A stretch of 33,355 nucleotides of DNA, from assembly GCA_964497385.1 (NCBI GenBank), contig CAZCER010000001.1, forward strand, positions 1 through 33,355, read 5' to 3'. Shown here in pieces: positions 32,068-33,355 of the stretch. Source of the stretch: an uncultured Armatimonadia bacterium. Lineage in GTDB: Bacteria > Armatimonadota > Zipacnadia > UBA1398. How positions within the stretch are numbered: position 1 is the stretch's first letter; each line of letters opens with the position of its first letter. The notes beneath the pieces are model-generated. The model saw only the letters and a program-made list of their open reading frames with translations. It did not search any database and had not been told where the DNA came from. Both the position numbers and the translations under genes were made by a program.

Positions 32068-33355
32068 ATGCTGTGGGTTTGGGTGTCGATGCTGATGATG
32101 TTATCGTCGGCCGTGGCAACGGCCGGCCCGCTCGCGCCCGGCGCGTCGCCGGCGCGGTACTACCATCCCGTCGCTCTACCTCTTGAGGCGCGAAGCCGGG
32201 AGCCGTTGCGCGCCGAGCCCCCCTATGTCGGAAACCCGCGCTACGGCCGCTTGCGGCTCGGCAACGGCGCCGACACCTCCATCACGGCGGTCGTTGACGA
32301 GAGTCCGGAGGCCGGCGTGTTTCGCGTCTATGTGGACGCGAACAACGACGAGGACCTCACCAACGACGGCGAGATCGGGTGGCGCGCGTCAGTGGGTCAG
32401 CAGATCGTCACGACGGTGACGGTGACCGTCGACTACCGGACCGGTGGGCGCCTGCACAGCGGCGGCTACGCGGTCACGCTCTACCGCATGAAGAACCGCC
32501 CCCCGGAGACGCTCTACTACTACCGCGGCGGGGCGATGCGCGGACGGGCGCTCTTCGGGGCGCGCGAGCACGAGGTCGCGCTGATCGACGACGACCAGGA
32601 CGGGCTCTACAGCGACCTCGGCGACGGCGTGTGCATCGTGATCGACCGGAACGATGACGGTAGACTGGACGGCCGTCCGGGCCAGTGCGAGGCCTTCGCC
32701 GCGACCGACCCGTTCAACGTGGACGGAGTCACCTGCCGCGTCACTGAGGTCGCCACCAGCGGCGACCGTGTTGCGGTGCGGCCGGCGTGCGAGTGGACGG
32801 CGCCGGTGGAGTATCTCGACCCCGGCTTCGCGGCCCCGGACTTCGAGACAACCGACCTCGACGGAGAGCCGTTGCGGCTTCGCGACTTCCGCGGGAAGAC
32901 CACTGTGTTGCAGTTCCTATCCTCGGAGTCGGGTCTCACCCCGAATCTAGCCGAGGGGCGGCGGATATGGGCCGAGAACGGCGGGGAACTGGCGGTTGTG
33001 AGCGTCTGCCTGGACGAGGATCCCGAGGCCGCGCGGAGGTGCATCGAGGCGTCGCCCTTCGCCGGCGATCCGGCGGGCTTCACCGGGCTTGGCGACGCGG
33101 ATCCGGTCGCCAAGCGCTACCGCGCGGAGTACCTGCCCATGACGCTCGTGATCGACTCCGAGGGCGTCATCCGCTCGCGGGGCGGGGGCGCGCTCCTCTG
33201 GAACGCGCTTGTCACGGAACTGGGTTGGGTCGACGGCCTGCCGTGCGCAATCGTCGGCAAGCCCGCTCCGGACTTCGAGGTCGTGGACGCCGAGGGACGG
33301 ACGGCGCGGCTGTCCGACTACCGCGGCAAGGTGGTCCTGGTGGACTTCTGGTCCT
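32068..33355 (+). CDS. Secreted paralog of the 15313..16608 protein: same N-terminal module, a Cys-less thioredoxin-like domain, then the start of a second TlpA-like domain. The 3' end runs off the window.
   Basis: Absent from the ORF track because it has no stop in the window. GAGAGAGGG precedes ATG 32068, and the frame is open to 33355 on manual translation. It reads MLWVWVSMLMMLSSAVATA (signal), RLRLGNGADTSITAVVDE, VYVDANNDEDLTNDG, IDRNDDGRLDG, then FRGKTTVLQFLSSESGLTP (where WCGPC would be), and finally GKPAPDFEVVDAEGRTARLSDYRGKVVLVDFWS. Confidence 0.85.
   Translation, partial: MLWVWVSMLMMLSSAVATAGPLAPGASPARYYHPVALPLEARSREPLRAEPPYVGNPRYGRLRLGNGADTSITAVVDESPEAGVFRVYVDANNDEDLTNDGEIGWRASVGQQIVTTVTVTVDYRTGGRLHSGGYAVTLYRMKNRPPETLYYYRGGAMRGRALFGAREHEVALIDDDQDGLYSDLGDGVCIVIDRNDDGRLDGRPGQCEAFAATDPFNVDGVTCRVTEVATSGDRVAVRPACEWTAPVEYLDPGFAAPDFETTDLDGEPLRLRDFRGKTTVLQFLSSESGLTPNLAEGRRIWAENGGELAVVSVCLDEDPEAARRCIEASPFAGDPAGFTGLGDADPVAKRYRAEYLPMTLVIDSEGVIRSRGGGALLWNALVTELGWVDGLPCAIVGKPAPDFEVVDAEGRTARLSDYRGKVVLVDFWS

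Overview
GC-rich (about two-thirds G+C by eye), densely coding bacterial chromosomal window. No transposase, integrase, CRISPR array or rRNA is visible. All family calls come from motifs read in the translations; no searches were run. I support 25 protein genes, 2 tRNAs and a tmRNA. Two of the genes are absent from the ORF track because they run off the window edges: 1..1809 (-) and 32068..33355 (+). In order: (1) secreted GH99-like/LamG protein; (2) DUF485 (YjcH-like) plus ActP-like symporter pair; (3) divergently, a seven-gene efflux operon (MarR, TolC-like OMF, very long HlyD/YbhG-like adaptor, two separate ABC ATPases, two ABC-2 permeases), driven by a near-consensus sigma70 promoter sitting in nested palindromes; (4) a ~920-aa protein ending in a complete GreA/GreB module; (5) tRNA-Glu(UUC) and tRNA-Val(UAC); (6) a TlpA-like thiol-disulfide oxidoreductase carrying a ~280-aa N-terminal module, with a paralog at the right window edge; (7) a 13-repeat LRR lipoprotein; (8) pdxS-pdxT; (9) a tight three-gene cluster of stand-alone cNMP-binding protein, secreted trypsin-like/PDZ protease and DUF1638; (10) tmRNA with tag ANNNTYALAA; (11) small orphan ORF, leaderless sulfatase, metzincin-like peptidase fused to an NPCBM domain, and an orphan secreted protein; (12) fused E1 alpha/beta TPP dehydrogenase with no E2/E3 nearby, followed by a flavin reductase-like protein. 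The most unusual items are the giant GreA fusion, the cNMP/protease/DUF1638 cluster, the shared N-terminal module on the two TlpA paralogs (one paralog has a Cys-less thioredoxin fold), the triple-length adaptor coiled coil, and a structured C-rich element in the pdxT/DUF1638 convergent spacer. I found no recognisable defence or mobile system. Most long ORFs opposite the called genes are high-GC antisense artefacts.
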